A stretch of DNA of 64,000 nucleotides from an uncultured Planctomycetota bacterium (GTDB taxonomy: Bacteria > Planctomycetota > Planctomycetia > Isosphaerales > Isosphaeraceae). The number at the start of each line of letters is the position of its first letter. Position 1 is the first letter of the stretch. The DNA is taken from NCBI GenBank assembly GCA_963823665.1, contig CAWGMQ010000004.1, forward strand, positions 2,400,001 to 2,464,000, given 5' to 3'. Positions 20,301 through 35,300 of this stretch are shown piece after piece. A program made the position numbers and the translations under genes. A model generated the notes under the pieces. The model was not told the DNA's origin. It worked only from the letters and a program-made list of their open reading frames with translations, and did not search any database.

Positions 20301-23300
20301 AGTGAGATCAATACCCGGCTCGGCGACGTTCTCATCCTGGAAGCTCAAGGTGAAATTCCCGACCTTTGCCTCGCCGCTGACTTCGTACACCTCGTCCGCG
20401 GTTGTCACCTGCCCGCTCGTATCCTCGACCGTCAGCCGCACGTCGTAAAACCCGTTCTCCATGGTCGTCGGGTCGATCGTTCCCAGCGTGCCGTTGATCA
20501 CCGACTGGGTGCCGCCGCCAAACGTCGTCCACTGGTTCTGGCCTTCGACCGAGTATTGCAGGGTGTACTGCAAGAAGTCCGGCGAATTCGCGGTCCCCAT
20601 GATCGGTGTCGGCAGCGTCACCACCGGCGTGACCTGCGTTTCGTTGAAGCCTGCAACTGGGGCGGGCAGACCATTCGGCGGTGTCAGGAACACAACCGTC
20701 TGCGTGGCAGTGCCCTCGTTTCCTTCTGCGTCAAACGCGTTTGCCACGATCGTGAACACACCGGGTGCCACCGACGAAAGCGTGGTCGTCCCGGACGCGC
20801 TGAGCGCAACCTGGTTGCCGTTGATCAGGAGCACTTCGCTCGCCAGCGGCTTGCTATCGTGCGTCGAGGTCACCACCGAGATGTTCACCGTATCGCCGAT
20901 ACGTGCTGTCGTCTCGGAAACATTGAGCGTCACATCCGGTGGAATCAGGTTCGACGGAAGCGTGTTGTCAACGCGGGTGAAGGTTTCCGCGAGAGTGCTC
21001 ACGTTGCCGGCGACATCCGTCACCTGCGCTGTGAAGGTGTAAGCTGCGATCGTGGGCATGTTCACCGGATAGAACGAGAAATTGCCCGAGGAATCTGCTG
21101 TCGTCGTTGCCCCTGATTGGACCAACTCGACTGTCGCGCCCGGTACCGTCTGCCCGTCGAGACGTACGGTCGGCATCACGGTCGTGTTCGGGCCGAACGC
21201 CGGTGCTTCGAAGGCGGAATCCAGAGTGAACGACGAGATCTTTGGTAGCGTGTTGTCAACCGTGATGGTGAGCGGTGTCGAGAACGGACTGATGAGCCCC
21301 GAGACTGTTTCCGCGGTCGCCGTGAAGATGTACTGCCCGTCAGCAAGCTCCCCGGGTATGGCGAAGTTAAACGGCGCCATGCTGGTGGAAGTTTGCTGCC
21401 CGACCTGCGAGCCATTCATGTAGAGCGTCACGATTGTGCCGACGGGCGCGGACATCTGGATCGTCAGCGAGCGATCCTTAGTGATCGTGCCGCTCGTGCC
21501 GGTCAGGTCACTCGCGAGCAGTTGCACACCGGTTGGCGGCAGCGGCCGCGTGCTCTCGAGATCAAAGAACACGTGGTAGACAGTTGACTGATTCCCCAGG
21601 TTGTCCGTGGCCTCTAGCGCAATGGTGTGCGAGCCATCCGGAAGCGCCGTTCCGCCGTTTAATGTTGCCAGATCCGCCGCCGTGAGTGTGAAGCCCTCTC
21701 CGGTCAGGAAAGAGGTTGCATCCGTCATCGCACCGCCGTCGATGGAAACCTCGAAGCTCTTCACTCCGCTGGGGTCATTCACGAGTCCTGTGATCGTCGG
21801 GTCGTACGTGATGTCGTCTGTACTCGAGATACCTGTGTCATTGGCCAGCGCCGCCGTGATCACTGGCGCACTCGTGTCAGCCGCCGTTGTCGTGATGGTC
21901 TGCGTCAACTCGCTGCTGTTGCCCGCGACATCGCTCGCTACCACGATGAAAGCTTGCGAACCGGTCGCCAGCGCGATGTTGTCAAAGGTGAAACTACCGC
22001 CTGGGCTGGCCTGCGTCTGCGCAATCGCCGTGTTCGGGTCCCACTGGCGATACAGCGAGACGAAGGCGCTCGGGCTTGTTGTGCCGGTCAGGTTCACAAC
22101 CTGCAAGTTTGTCTCTGTTGTCTGGCCTGCTGGGCTCTGAGAGGCGGTATCTAGCCCCAGCGTCGGCGTTGTCGGAGGGGTGGTGCTGATGACAAGCGTT
22201 ACCGGCGCAGCCGGCGTGCTGACGTTGCCAGCGACGTCTTCCGCAGTCGCCGTCATCGCATAGGTACCGTTCGCCAGCGTCGTCGTCGCGATGAATACTG
22301 GACCGTTGTTTGCTGTCGCCTGGCCAACCTGCACGCCGTTCGCGTAGAGCGTGACAATGTCGTTTGCCGGCGCGGCTACCTCGAATGTCGGCGTCGCGTC
22401 CCGTGTGATACCATCGCTCGAGCTGATACCAGTGTCGCTCGAGGCCAGTAGCTGCGGCGTCACCTGCGCGGGCGGTGTCGTCAAGAGGATGAAGCTCACG
22501 CTCACGGGCTGAGACAGATTGCCGTTGGAATCCTTAGCCACGAGCGTGAGCGTGTGCTTGCCGTCGGCTACCGGACCGCCGTTGATCGTCGCCAGCAGCG
22601 CGGGCGTGATCGTGAATGTCGTGCCGGAAAGCGAACTCAGAACGCTGACCGCACTCGATTGATCGAGCTGTGCCTCGAACGACGTGATCGGATTCACTGC
22701 CGTGATCGTTCCCGTCACGGTGTCGTCAGATGTGATGTTGTCGAGCGCCGAAACACCGGTGTCGTCGGCCAGTTGAGCCGTGATTACCGGCGGCACCAGG
22801 CTCTGCCCCGGCAAGTTGCGCGTGATGATGTCCGTGTACTGGCTGCTCACGTCGTTCGCATTGGTTGCGACCGCGGTGAACGAATTCGGCCCGTTGGCCA
22901 GCGATACGTTGAAGAAGACGAACAGGCCGTTGGGATTAGACGTGGTGCTGACACCGGTCGGCTCGAGTGTGACCGTTACATTGGGATTGGTCTGGCCGAC
23001 CAGGGTCACCGTCGCGTCGGTTGTCGTACCGCTGCCGGGCGGCGTCTGGGAGTTGACGTCCAGATTGAAGACCGGCTGCGCCGGAGGCGTCGTGGGAACT
23101 GTCGCCGTCGTCGCATGGAACCCGTAGTCACTCGCCAGGATCACCTCGTCTGCCAGATTGACCGTGCCGTCACCGTTGATATCGGCCGCCAGGCTATAAT
23201 TCGCGCTGCTGGTACTGCTCCCCATCGCTTCCTCGAGCAGCGCGCTATCATTGCCGTCGACATTGCCGTCACCATTGATATCGCCGGCGACCGTGAGGTT

Positions 23301-26300
23301 GAGCGAATACTTGCCGGTGCTCGACGCGGTCGCGCCGGAGACGGAAACCACGTAAAGCCCGGGCTGATTGATCGGGAACAGGGCGACGAGTGTGCTCCCC
23401 TGCGTGTTCACGGAAAGCGGCTGGACGCCGGCGTATCGTGGGCATCGCTGGAACAAGGCCGTCGCTCCCCTGCGACGATCACGCGCAAAAGCACGCTGCC
23501 GGTTGCCGTTGAGTTGAGCTCGGCCTGGTCGAAGTGGAAGCCGAAGAGATCTGTCTCGCCGGCGGCCAGCGTATTGTCGATCGTCGTGCCTGAAAATTGT
23601 GCGGCGCCTCCCAGATCACGCTGAATATAAGACGTCGTCGTGGTGCCGGGCGTATACTGCACGCTGTTGCCGTTGCTGCGCAGGGCCGCGATCAGCAGAT
23701 GAGGATCGGAGAGCGAATACCCGTACTGCTGTGAGCCTCCCGTGCTCTGATTCTGCATCAAGACGAGGTTGCCGTTTGAGTCGTACTGATAATTCAACAC
23801 CTCGCCGCCAGGTGCGACGATGCTCGTGATCAGCCCCTGGCTGTTGCGCAGAAACTGGATTGTTTGCCCGTTGGCTGCCGTGATGCCGCTGTCGCTGATG
23901 TAAAGCTGAGCACCCGAAGAGGTGATCTCGCCGATGATATTCCCGTCTTCGTCGAGCTGATATTGCGTGTTGCCGGGCGCAACCAGCGTGTAGCTCGGGC
24001 CGCTGAAAAACGGATTTCCCGGGTTGTACGGCTGACCGCTCGTCAGGTCGTAATAGTTGCTACCGGACTTTGTGAGTACGGCCTCGGTCGACTCGAGCGT
24101 GTAGCTCACACCGCTCTCAGACTGCCAGGCCGGATGGTAGAACGTCTGGCCCGCAACCTCGAAGCTCGTCGGTGCAAACGTAAATGGCACACGCTGGCCC
24201 GTCGGCAGTGTCAGGAAAATCACCGTGCCGTCGCCGAACGGATTGAAGACGCCGTAATCCTCCTGTCCCGTCGTCGCCACGTTGGTCTGGAGATTCGTCT
24301 GCCGATTTACCAGCATCCAGCCGGCGCCAAAGTCGCCGCTACCGTCACGATTGAGCGGATCGTAACTGCGCTCGAGCAGCACCGTCGTTCCGTCCAGGTC
24401 AATGCTCAAGTCGGAGTCGGTCACCACCAGGTCGCCGGGTTTGGCGGGTGTGTTGATCTCGATCTGAGCCGTGGTTGTCGAGGTCCGTCCGGTCAAGTCA
24501 GTCGCGGTGAGCTCAAGCTGATAAAAACCGTTGGCCAGCTCGGCTGGATCGAGCTGTGCCAGCGGGCCGTCGTTCACTGGCGTGGTGCCGGTGGCCAGCA
24601 CCGTGAAATCGGGATTGTTGGGCGTGGCGATCTCGAGCGTCCAGGAATCAAGGTTTGTGTCGGCAACCGTTCCCAGAATTGCGGTCGGGCTCGACAGCAC
24701 GGCATCAGGCACGGAGCTGTCGAAGGAAACTGATGGCGGGGTCGTGTCGTTCGGGTCGCGCACCTGGACGTAGGCCGTCGCCGTTCCGACCAGACCGTCC
24801 GCGTCTGTCGCCGTCGCCGTGATCAGCGACTGACCCGGGTTGCCGGCGGTGACGGTTACTTCCCCATTCGAGTTGAGCGCAAGCGGCTGGCCGTCGAGCA
24901 TGACGACCAGGTTCGTAATTGGTGCCACACTGGTGGCGATCGCATTGATGATCACCTGCTGCCCCGGGATCGCCGGGAAGCTGGGCGTGAGCACAATTTG
25001 CACGCTGGGGAGCTGAGGCTTGACCGCGGCCTCGATCAGGATGTTCTGAGTCGAGCTTGCCTCACCGTCAGAGACTTGGAGCGTGACGACGAAGGCACCC
25101 GCCTGCGAGGGCCCAGGCGTCCACCGGAACTCGCCCGTCTGTGCGTTGATTGTCGCACCACTCGGTAGGTTGATTGCCGAGTAAGTGAGAGTGGTACCGG
25201 CATCGAGGTCGGTTGCCTGGATCTGGAATGAAAGCGGCACGCCGAGCGCCGCCTGATGATCGGGGGTATCGAGCGTCGGCGGCCGGACGACGTGAGCAAT
25301 ATTGAGCGTCACGGTCATCGAAGCACTGCCACCGGTGGGGTCTGTCGCCGTGAACTGCAGGTTGTAAACGCCCGCCTGCCCGTACGCTGGCGTCCAACTG
25401 AACATTCCGGTCGACGCGTTGAACGTCGAGCCAGTGGGTGCATTGAGCAAGTCATACAGAAGCGGCGCACCGTCTACATCGGCGGCCACAACCGTGAACT
25501 GGACCTGGAATCCTTCACGGCCGTACTGCGGGATGAGCGGAATGAACTGAGGCGGGAAATCCGTGTGCGTGACCGTGATGTTCACCGTCTCCGTGCTGCT
25601 TGTGCTGCCGTCGCTGGCCGTCACCGGTACGGAATAACTGCCTGCCTGGCCCGACTCAGGCGTCCAGGTGAGCAATCCAGTGGCGGGATTGATGCTCGCA
25701 CCACTTGGTAAATCTGCGGCTGTGTACGTGAGCGGATCGCCCTCCTGCTTGGTTGCAGTCACTGAAAGGCTTAACGTTTGCCCTTCGGCAACGGTGGCAG
25801 TTGTTGTCGCAGCCGGGAAAACCGGCGCTGTATCGCTCGAGCGCACGACGATACGGATGGTGGTTGAAACCGAAGACGGCTGGGTAATCGTACCGTTACC
25901 TGCATCGGTCACTGTGAAGGTGACCTGGTGCGCACCGGTGTCGGCGGCAGTCGGCGTCCACTCAAGCGTGGCCGATCCGTAGGAAGTTCCCGACGTCAGA
26001 ACAGCCGCGGCTGGAAGCCCGCTCACCGCGTAAGTCAAGAGGTCCTGGTCGGGCTCGCTCGCAGTCAGGCTGAGTATGAAGGGTTGACCGATCACGGCGA
26101 CCTGGTCGCCAACGTAATCAAGCACCGGCACCTGCGTCGGCGAGTTGACCGTCACCTCGAACGTGTAAGTGCCGCTCAGCACCCCGGCTGGCCCCAGCCC
26201 ATCGCCGTTATCTGTCGCTACCAACCTGAGCGTGTACGTGCCGCGATTCCCCGCCGGTGGGTTGAAGTGCAGGATGCCGTTGCCGTTCCCGTTGTCCGTG

Positions 26301-29300
26301 AGCGTCACGAAGCTCGGCAGCGGGTAGCCGGGAACGCCGTTCTCGACGGATAGCGTCATCGGGTTGCCGTCGGGATCAACCGCCTGCACTGCCTGGTCAA
26401 AAGGCTGCCCGGCCGTGAGCGTGATGTCGGCAATCGGAGTCACCGCCGGAGCGTGGTTCACGATCAAGACGGTGATGGGCACTGTGATGCTAGTCGAGAG
26501 CGGGCCGCCGTTATCGTCGTTTGTCGCCGTGAACACGACGTTGTATGTGCCGTTCTGGTGGTCGGCCGGTGTCCAGCTAAAGAGTGCGCTGTTCGGGTTG
26601 AACGTCGCGCCGGGAGGCAGGCCGCTTACAGTGTAGGTCACTGTCGGCTGAGTCGTCGGATATGGTGAAAGTGTTCCATCGGGCAGTGTTATCGGCAACT
26701 CGAACGTCGGGTTGTGTGGATCGACTGCGAAGGCCGTGAACGAGATCGGCTGGCCTTCGTCCACCTGCCAGCTCTGCTAGCGGGCTGAACACGGGCGCAG
26801 CGGGTGCAGGCAGAACCGTGTAGGTTGCCGTCACCGTCGTCGAAATCCCCTGATCGCTAGTCGCCGTGAACGGTACGGTGTACGTTCCCACCTGGTCGTA
26901 GCCGATCGGCCAGTCGAATACGCCTGTGTTGGGACCGAGCGTGGCATTTCCTGGCAGGCTCGCGCTGGAATAGGTCACCGTCCCGCCGTCCGCGTCGCTC
27001 CCCTGCAAGGTAAATTGCAGATAATCACCCTCGCGCACGGTCTGGTCCGGCACGGCGGCAAGCTGCGGCGGAGGTGGCGCCGGTGCGATCAAAAGCGTGA
27101 CCGTGGCACTCACAGTATTCACGCCGTCGCTGACGTAAAATGTCACATTGTCGTATGTGCCAGCCTGGCTAAAATTTGGCTCCCAGAGCAGCGTATGCGT
27201 GGTCGGGTCGAATGACGCGCCGCCCGGAAGATTCGCGGCCCAGTAGAAGAGCGAGCGGCCGTCCGAGTCCGTTGCAGTTACCGGAAGTACAAGCGGCTGA
27301 CCTTCTTTCCCGGAAACCTCCGAAGGCAGCGGCCCGATCACGGGCGGAACGCTCCCACCCGCAACCTGAATCGAGAAGTGCTGGATGGTGTAGCTGCCGC
27401 TGGGATCATACGCGAAGAGATCGACGTTCACGGTCGCAGGAGTTGTGGGAAGGGTGTTCCAGGTGATGAGCCCCGTGACCGGATTCACGGTCATCCCGGT
27501 GGGACCATCGCCGAGCACAAAACCGGGCGTCGAGCCGTCGGGATCGTGGGCTGCTGCCTGGTACGTATACGTGTTCCCGGCCGTTACACCGGTCACCGGC
27601 GTGCTGGTGAAGACCGGCGCACTGACCGCCGGCAGTATGCCCGAGACTTCCGTGGTGTAGTCGATCGTCTGCCCGTTCGTATCGTTGATCGTCACCGTTT
27701 GACCGGTTGTGCTCTGCCCCGGCGCAAGCTGCACGCCGCCGGGCACCGAGCTATTCGAGACTGATGAGCCAGCTCCCATTCGAGCTCTGCGACGCATTCT
27801 GTGGAGTGCCTGTGAAGTTCGCCCCCGGAGTGAGGATCAGCAGCAAGGGCGCCAGCAAATTGAACTGGCTGGTGTTCGTGATCGTCACGTCGAACGACAC
27901 CGTGCCCGTATTCCGATCTGACCGCGTGCTCGTGAACGTGAGCGAGACATAGGGGGAGAGGTTGCTGACGGTCGAGAAGTGAGTCACATAGGGCGTAAGC
28001 AGTGTCAGTCCGTTCGTGCTCTGGATCGACTCGGCCGACGGTAAGCGTGTACGTGTCGGCGGTGAGTCCCGAAACGACCAGAAGCGCGGTCTTCGAGTTC
28101 GGGTTGTACTGGACTGCGTCGATGATCGCCGGGCCGGAGGTTTGGCCGACCAAGCTGTAATCGGCCGGATCGGTGACCGACGCACTGTTGGTCGAGGAGC
28201 CGGTGAACATCTCCTGATCAAAGGTCACGCCGATGAAGGCCAGCGGCAGCGCCGCGATACTGCCGCTCGGCGGATTCGTGGCCACCACGACCGGCGGCAC
28301 CACCGGCTCGAGCACGTCCACTTCGTGCGACTGGCTGATCAATAGCCGGCCGTCAGAAGTGGCCAGGACGTCAAAGCCGCGCGTGCCTCCCTGCGCCACC
28401 GCCACCTGCTGGAGCGTTGTCAGGTCGACCATCGTCAGATCGGTTGGCGTCGGCGCAACCATGCCGCCGGGTGTATTCGGTGCGTCGTCGTGGGACACGA
28501 AGAGCAGGTTCGCCAGGTCAGTCCCCTCCTGGCCGAAGGAAATCGACTGGATGTCGGAATCAAATGTGAGCATAACCTGTGCACGAGCCAGGTCGTTGAA
28601 CTCGACGACCTGCGTCGAGTTGGGCCAGGTGACAGCCCAGAGATTGCCCTGGTTGGTCAAACGCCAGGCTCGAGACGCGCAGGTTCTGGTCACGGCTAAA
28701 CTGCGTGAAGGTATCCGTCGTCGGGTCGAAGATCGAGACGCCGTTACTGGTCGCGACGTAGATCTGGTCGGACAGGGGATCAACGGCCAGTGCGAGCGTG
28801 ATGCCCTGGCCGAACTGATTGATGATCGACCCCGTAGCAGGGTCAAGCTGCAAGAGCGGCCCGCCTCCGGTCGCCGCCCAGAGATCGCCCTGGTTGTCAA
28901 ACGCCAGTGCAAAGATCTGGTAGGGCAGCGTGGCCAGGGGTGCGCCGATTTGGCCACCGTTTGCGTTGACATGGAACAGCTCGTTGCGGGACGGTCCCCC
29001 GCTGATCAGAAAGCTTCCGTCCGGCTCCTCGGCGATCGCCATCGGGCCCAAGATGCCGTCGCTCTGCTCAAATCCCGTGGCGAATGACTGGGCCTCGAAT
29101 GGCTGGAGCACCGTCATGAATTCGGAGGGATTGCTCGCCGGGGGCGCGGCCGGTACGCCTTGCTGCGCTTGCTTGAACAGGGGGTTGGTCGAGGGCTGTA
29201 CCGTGGGTGCCGGCGGAACGCCGAAGTTGGGCGGGGTCGTGTTGGGAACAGTCGGTAGTGCGCCCAGATTCACCGTGGTCGTGTTCTGCGGCACATTGGC

Positions 29301-32300
29301 GTTGGCCGGCGGCAGCTCGTGATTACCGGCTACGTCGGTCGCCAGCGCCAGGAACGTATAGGTATTCCCGGCCTGGCCCTGATAGATCATCGTTCCCGAT
29401 GCCATGGTCACCTGGCTCTGCCAGATCTGGTATGCACCGCCGTTCGCCGATACGTACAGGTCGACGTATGCGACGCCGGAGCCGCCGGCGTTGTCCGTGC
29501 TGTTCCAGGTGACCTGATAGTTGGAGCTCGAGCCGATCTGGGTGACGTTCAGCGCGGTCGTCGGTGCCACCGAGTCGAGAGTGTACGTAAGCGGCGCAGT
29601 CGTCTGCGGCGCCTCAGTGTTAAAGGTGACTGTCGCCTGTCGCGCTGATCTGTGCTCCCGTCGGGCGCTGATGCATAAGGCTCGACCGTGTACGTCACAT
29701 AGCCTGCTCCCGCTCCCTCAGCGTTGTTGGGAGGCAGCAGTCCATCCGAGGGATTGGTGACCACCAACCCGGTAACCGGGTTGATCGCCTCGATCAGCCA
29801 GGTCGCGACGCCCGTCTGCACGTCGACCCCAGCGTTCACGTACACGAGATAACCGTTGCTCGAGGTGAAGTCGAAACTCCCCTGGAACAAGCCCAGGTTG
29901 CTCGGCATCTGGATGTCGATGTCGCCAATCTGGATGTCTCCCAGCCGGAATGAGCTCGGATCGAGGTTCGGGTCGAGCTGGGTCGTGATGCGAATCTCAC
30001 CCGGTTCGGTGGTGGCCTCAGGGTCGTTCTGGAAATTGATCGTGAATGGCAGTGCCTGCCCGCTGGGGATGTACCCGTTGTCTTCCGAGGTGAACGGCCC
30101 GGTCATCGACGCCAGGCCGGCATCCTGAGCTTGATTGTCGATGTACTGGCTCAAGTCCAGTGGAATGACCGGCGTCTCTCCCTGGATTTCCTGCACCCCG
30201 TTGATCTGGAATGACGGCGGTAGATCCGACCGCTCGTCATACGGCACCCACGGCACATAGACGTTGAAGTCTTCGAATGTGGTCGGCAGTGTGGCATTCA
30301 GGTTGTATTGAGATGCGGTCGGCAAGGTTGCAATCTCATTGCCGTTGATGTTGAAACCGGCCGCCGGCGCAATCTGATCGGTGTTATTGCCGTACCAAGA
30401 GAGAAGCTCGCTGAAGAACTGCGAGACGTTGCCGCTCGAGATGATTCCGCTGCCGGCGGGCCCTGCCAGCACGCCGGTGGCCATGCGTGGCCATCAAGCT
30501 CATGATCAGCGGGTTCTGGTCCACCGGCGGCGTCGTGCCTTCGGGCAAGAGCTCGCCGGCCTCTTCGAGCCCCGCCAGGTACAGGTTTTCAAACGTCGTT
30601 TGGTTGGCGGCGAGGTTCTGGAGTGCCAGCGGGGCCGTGCTGTCGGAGAGGATCGCTGCTCGCAGCTCATCGGCAAGCTGTGTCTGCTGCGCGACGAACT
30701 CCGCCTGTGTGAGCGTCGTCGCCGATGCGTTGATGTCGAATTGGAATGGAACGAATGGAACTCTGCAAGAGCGACGGGATGCCGCCGAACTCTTCATACG
30801 CTTCGTACAGATCCGGCGAGATCTGGGTGAGCCCGCGGGCCCGTTGTTCAGAATTCCCTCTTGCGCATACGCTGGGAACGCAGCATAGATCTCGGCCTTG
30901 AGCGCGTTGAAGTCCTGGTCGTTCGCCGCTTCCATACCGGGATAAGTCGTGACGTCAAACGTGAACTGCGCAAAGCCGCCAGCGGCCTCGTTGAAAAGGT
31001 TGCCCGACATCTCGATATGGCCGTTGCTCGAAGCGGTGTCTGCCTGAGACTGGAGCGTGGCGTACGGCACCTCCGAGTCCAGGCTCGATCGGGCGGCTCA
31101 CCACCTAAATCGGTGTCGACCTCGACATACGGCAGGTCGTCGAGATTGACGTTAACCGGGTCTGCGATGTTCGGATCGCTCGGGTTTGTTGGCTCCGCGT
31201 TGCTCAACTGCGGGATGCCTACGTTGAACTCGACATAGGGCGCATTGATGTTGCCCAGATTCTGCAGCGACACGCTGTAGGTGCCGGTATCGCCCGCCAG
31301 GATAAACCGCGGCCCTCCCACGCCGATCGTCACCTCGGGCGGGAGAACGTCTGCTCGATCTCAAAGCGATAAGGCGCGATCGCCTCCTGGCCGTCGGGGT
31401 TGATGACTTGAACGTCATAGAGGCCATAAGGCGCACCGGTCAGGTCGAACTCGGCCAAGATCTCCGTGGCGTTCACGAAAGTTCGTAAGCGAGCGGCTGG
31501 TACTCGGCAAACCCCGGCATCACCAGCTTGACGATCGAATTGGGTTGGAACTGGGCACCGGTGATCGTGGTCGTCACGTAGGCGCTCGAGCCCCCCTGGT
31601 CGATGGAGACGTTCGTGATCGATAGGGGCAGTAGCTCGCGCCAGCACGGACACCGGCGTGTCGTCCGCTGGCTCCGAATTCCCTTCGATCAAGACGTAAT
31701 AGATCCCAGGGGTCGTCGACGGAATGACAGCCGTCTGGTTCGGCGACAGCCCTCCCTGGTAGGCCGCGTCGTAGTCCGACTGCGTGGGCGCTGCCCCCTG
31801 TTTCAAATAAATCTCGTTGGATGCGCCCGAGGCATTCGAGCTGATCGAGACCTGAAGCGTCGCTCCTGCGGGCACGGTCACTTGCAAAAGCCGCTGTTGC
31901 CCGTCCGACAATGTGGTCGCATAGGGCACGCCCAGAGTCAGGCTGTCGACGGCTACTGTCAGGAGGGACGCCGACGCCGTTGTCTTGCTCGACTCGGGGA
32001 CCCCCGGTGGCAGCGAGAGCTGATCGTAGATATCCGCCCGCACGAAGATGTGATATTGCCCGGGTGTCAGCGAGGGCGTCACGGTCGACAACGAGTTGGT
32101 ATAGCTTCCGCCTGGCGCCAGTGGTCCGTTCTCCTGAACCGCGCCTAGATATGTGTCGGCAATGCTCCAAGTCGTCCCTGTTCCGATGTAGACGGCATCC
32201 GACCAGCTTCCCATTGCGGGGTATGTCGTGCTCTCGTCCGTAACCGACCAGCTCACGGTGAATGGGTCGCCCGATTTCACCGTTGCGGGGTCGGGCAGCG

Positions 32301-35300
32301 TGATGCTGGTCACGACAAGCTGCGATGGCGGCGGCGGATCGATGATGAGTGGCGGAGCAAGGTAATTGCTGTCATCGTTCTGGTTCGCACCCTCGAACAC
32401 CGAACCGATCGGGCTGTCGACCGGGGGATTGGTGATCACGAAGAGATAGTACGCACCGAGCAGATTCGTCGGCACCTGGATCGGAACGGTAACGGTGTAG
32501 CTGCGCCGGAGGCCAGGCCGTCCCTGGTGCTGCGACATTCCCAGGTACGGGTCGGCCTCCAAATCGAGCGTTGTACCCAGCGAGAAGTAGATCAGGTCGT
32601 TCCAGGTGGATTCATCCGCCGGCGTGGAGGCACCCTCGTTCGTGACCGTATATGTGACGTCAAGCGTCTGGCCCTGGAAGACATGCCCCGCGTTCGCGTT
32701 GGTGCTGATCGACGTTACTTGGAGGTCAGGGGCCGGCGCCAGCGTGACCGGGAGCGGCACTGACGCGATCTTGTCGGCCTCGTTCTCGTACTGCGGCACC
32801 TGGCCTCGCCCCAGGCTGCGGATCGCTTCGGAAGCCAGGTCATACGGGTTGAGCTCGTTGGCCGCGCCGATCGAGATGCCATAGTTAAAGTAGCCGATGT
32901 CACTCTGCACCTCGTAATTAGTCATCGCGTCCGAGTCGGTGTAGACGATGATGTCAAAGTTCCCCTGGATGCCGTCGGGAACGTGCACGTCCGCTGTTTC
33001 GGTGTATGAAGCACCCGGGGCCAGCACCTGCCCGTAGGTCGCCTGCCCTAGCTCGGTGTCGTAGGTGTCGAGCGAAGGGTCCTGCGATAGGAAGATGCGA
33101 TCAGTCCAGTTGTCTGTGCGCGTAGCCCGCGTGCCTCGGTTTGTTACTGTGTACGTGACCGGAATCGTTGAGCCCGACTCCGCGCTCGCGGGCACGGTGA
33201 TGTTTGTGACGGTCAGGTCGGGCTCGCTGTAGATGATGTTGAACGGCGTGGCGATCCGGTTGTTGTCGGGGTTTTCGAAAGCCCACTCAGTGAACTCGCC
33301 GAGCCAATATGAGTTATCCCCTGTATCAGCCGGCCACCAGTCGGTGGTTTCCAGCCGTGCCTGATACGTATAGAGACCCGGCGGCAGGTCGTTGTGCGCA
33401 TCGAGGTCGATGTAAAGGTAGTACTGGCCGCTCGTGCCCGGCGGGAGGGTGACGGTGTAGTTGACGGTATAGCTCTGGCCGACCTGCAATGGCGTCGTCT
33501 GGGCGTGCGTTGTCTGGCCCAGGAAAGATGCGTCATACCGATTGAATGTCGGCTCGGGGGAAACCCAGATGAAGTCGGTCCAGTAGTCCGTTCCCTCCCA
33601 CACCGGGTTCGGTCCCTGATTTTCGACGGTGTAGCTGAACGTCATGCTCTCGCCGGAGTAGTTCACCGTCGGGATCGAAACGTTCGTGACCACGAGATCG
33701 GCTGGGACCGGCGTCACCGACGTGGACTGTGCCAGCAGATTGTTGGCGTAGGTGATCTCACTGACCCAATACTGGCCTGGCGCTTCACCCGGCTGAGGCG
33801 CATCGGTTTGGACCACGAAGTACTGACCCACCGCCGAGGGGGACAACTCGACGGTAAGGCTCGCGTTGTAGCTCCCATCCGGGTTGAGCGCTGTGTTGTG
33901 GGTGACTGATCCCAGCGTCATCGTGATCGCATTTGGGTCAAGCGGATTGGTCGGCTCATTGGTCAGATAGACGGTGTCGATCCAGCCCACCGGCTGCGCA
34001 ACGCCGTTACCGACGTTCTCGACGGTCCAGTTGATCTTGACGTTGTCTCCTCCCTTGGCCACGCCCGGCGCGGTCATGGACGTGACGGTCAGGTCTGGCA
34101 GCGGCGCCAGCACCTGGACCTGGAACGCCTTGTAGTTGTCGTTATCAAGATTGTTGGGGTCATCCGGATTGACGTTTGTCGCCAGCTCGTTCTGGAGCAC
34201 CATCGAGTACAGGTCGGTCCACGGAGTGATGTAATACGTGCCCGGCGCCAGATCGATCGGCAGCGTCACCGACACCTTCTGGTCATAGCCCGCGTCGAGT
34301 GCCAGCCCCCCGGAATGCGGGAATTCCGTGAGTAGAACGTCTCCTGCAGCCGGGATCGGCCGCGTCTTGTCACGCGTCAGCCAGACCGAATCAGTCCAGT
34401 CGTCCACCAAGGTTGGGCCGGAGCCCAGGTTCGTCACGGTGTAGCTCACGTTGAAGGTACTGCCGGCGATCACCTGCGTCGGCGCGACCACATTGCTCAC
34501 CACCAGGTCGGGAAATGGAATCGGATTGATCTGGATCGGCTGATACTCGAGGTTGTTCTGACCGTTGGGCCACTGGTCGACGACCTGGTTGGCATCGATG
34601 GACACAATCACGTAGACCTGGCCGGCATAGCGGTCCGGCACCGTCACCGGAACCGTTGTCGCTTGATACTCGTCGCCAGGTGCCAGGGCAGACTGATTGG
34701 GAAGCTGCTCGATCAGGATCGAGGCGTCGGTGACGTACGGCGTCAGCGACAGATAGACGTCGTCGTCCCAGTTAACTGTCGTGGCCGCGGTCCCGTTGTT
34801 GACCACGGTGTAGGTCACCGAGAACGTCCCTCCGGCGTTCACCGACTCAGGCGCCTGGATATTGGCTACCTCGAGATTCGGCCGCGGCATCACCGTTACA
34901 GTCAGTGGTTGTGGCGCCAGGCCGGTATTATTGGTTGCCCCGTTCTCAAACAGCGAGCCGTTGAAATCCGTGATCACCTCGACGTTGTACAGCCCGCTGA
35001 TATGAACCGGCAGGCTCACCGACTGGACGCGGGAGTACGAGTTGCCCGGGCCCAGCGTGTTGTAGTTGGTGAACGTGCCCAACACCGAGTACTGGGCCGT
35101 GGGCTGGCCGGTCGGCTGGATCACGACTTCATCCTGCCAGGGCCCGACGGCGGCGCCAGTCCCCGAGTTTTGCACGGTCCAACCCACTTGAATCGTGCTG
35201 CCCTCCTGTGCGGTGGTCGGGGCGCTCACGCTTGCCACAGTCAGATCGGGCGGCGGCGTGAAATTGATCGTGAACGGCGCGGATACTGCTGATGTTGTCC

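Noticed and set aside
22554..23624. 356-aa plus-strand ORF and similar Arg/Val-rich antisense ORFs across the giant gene
   Set aside because: These are shadow frames of the Thr/Asp-rich minus-strand coding sequence.
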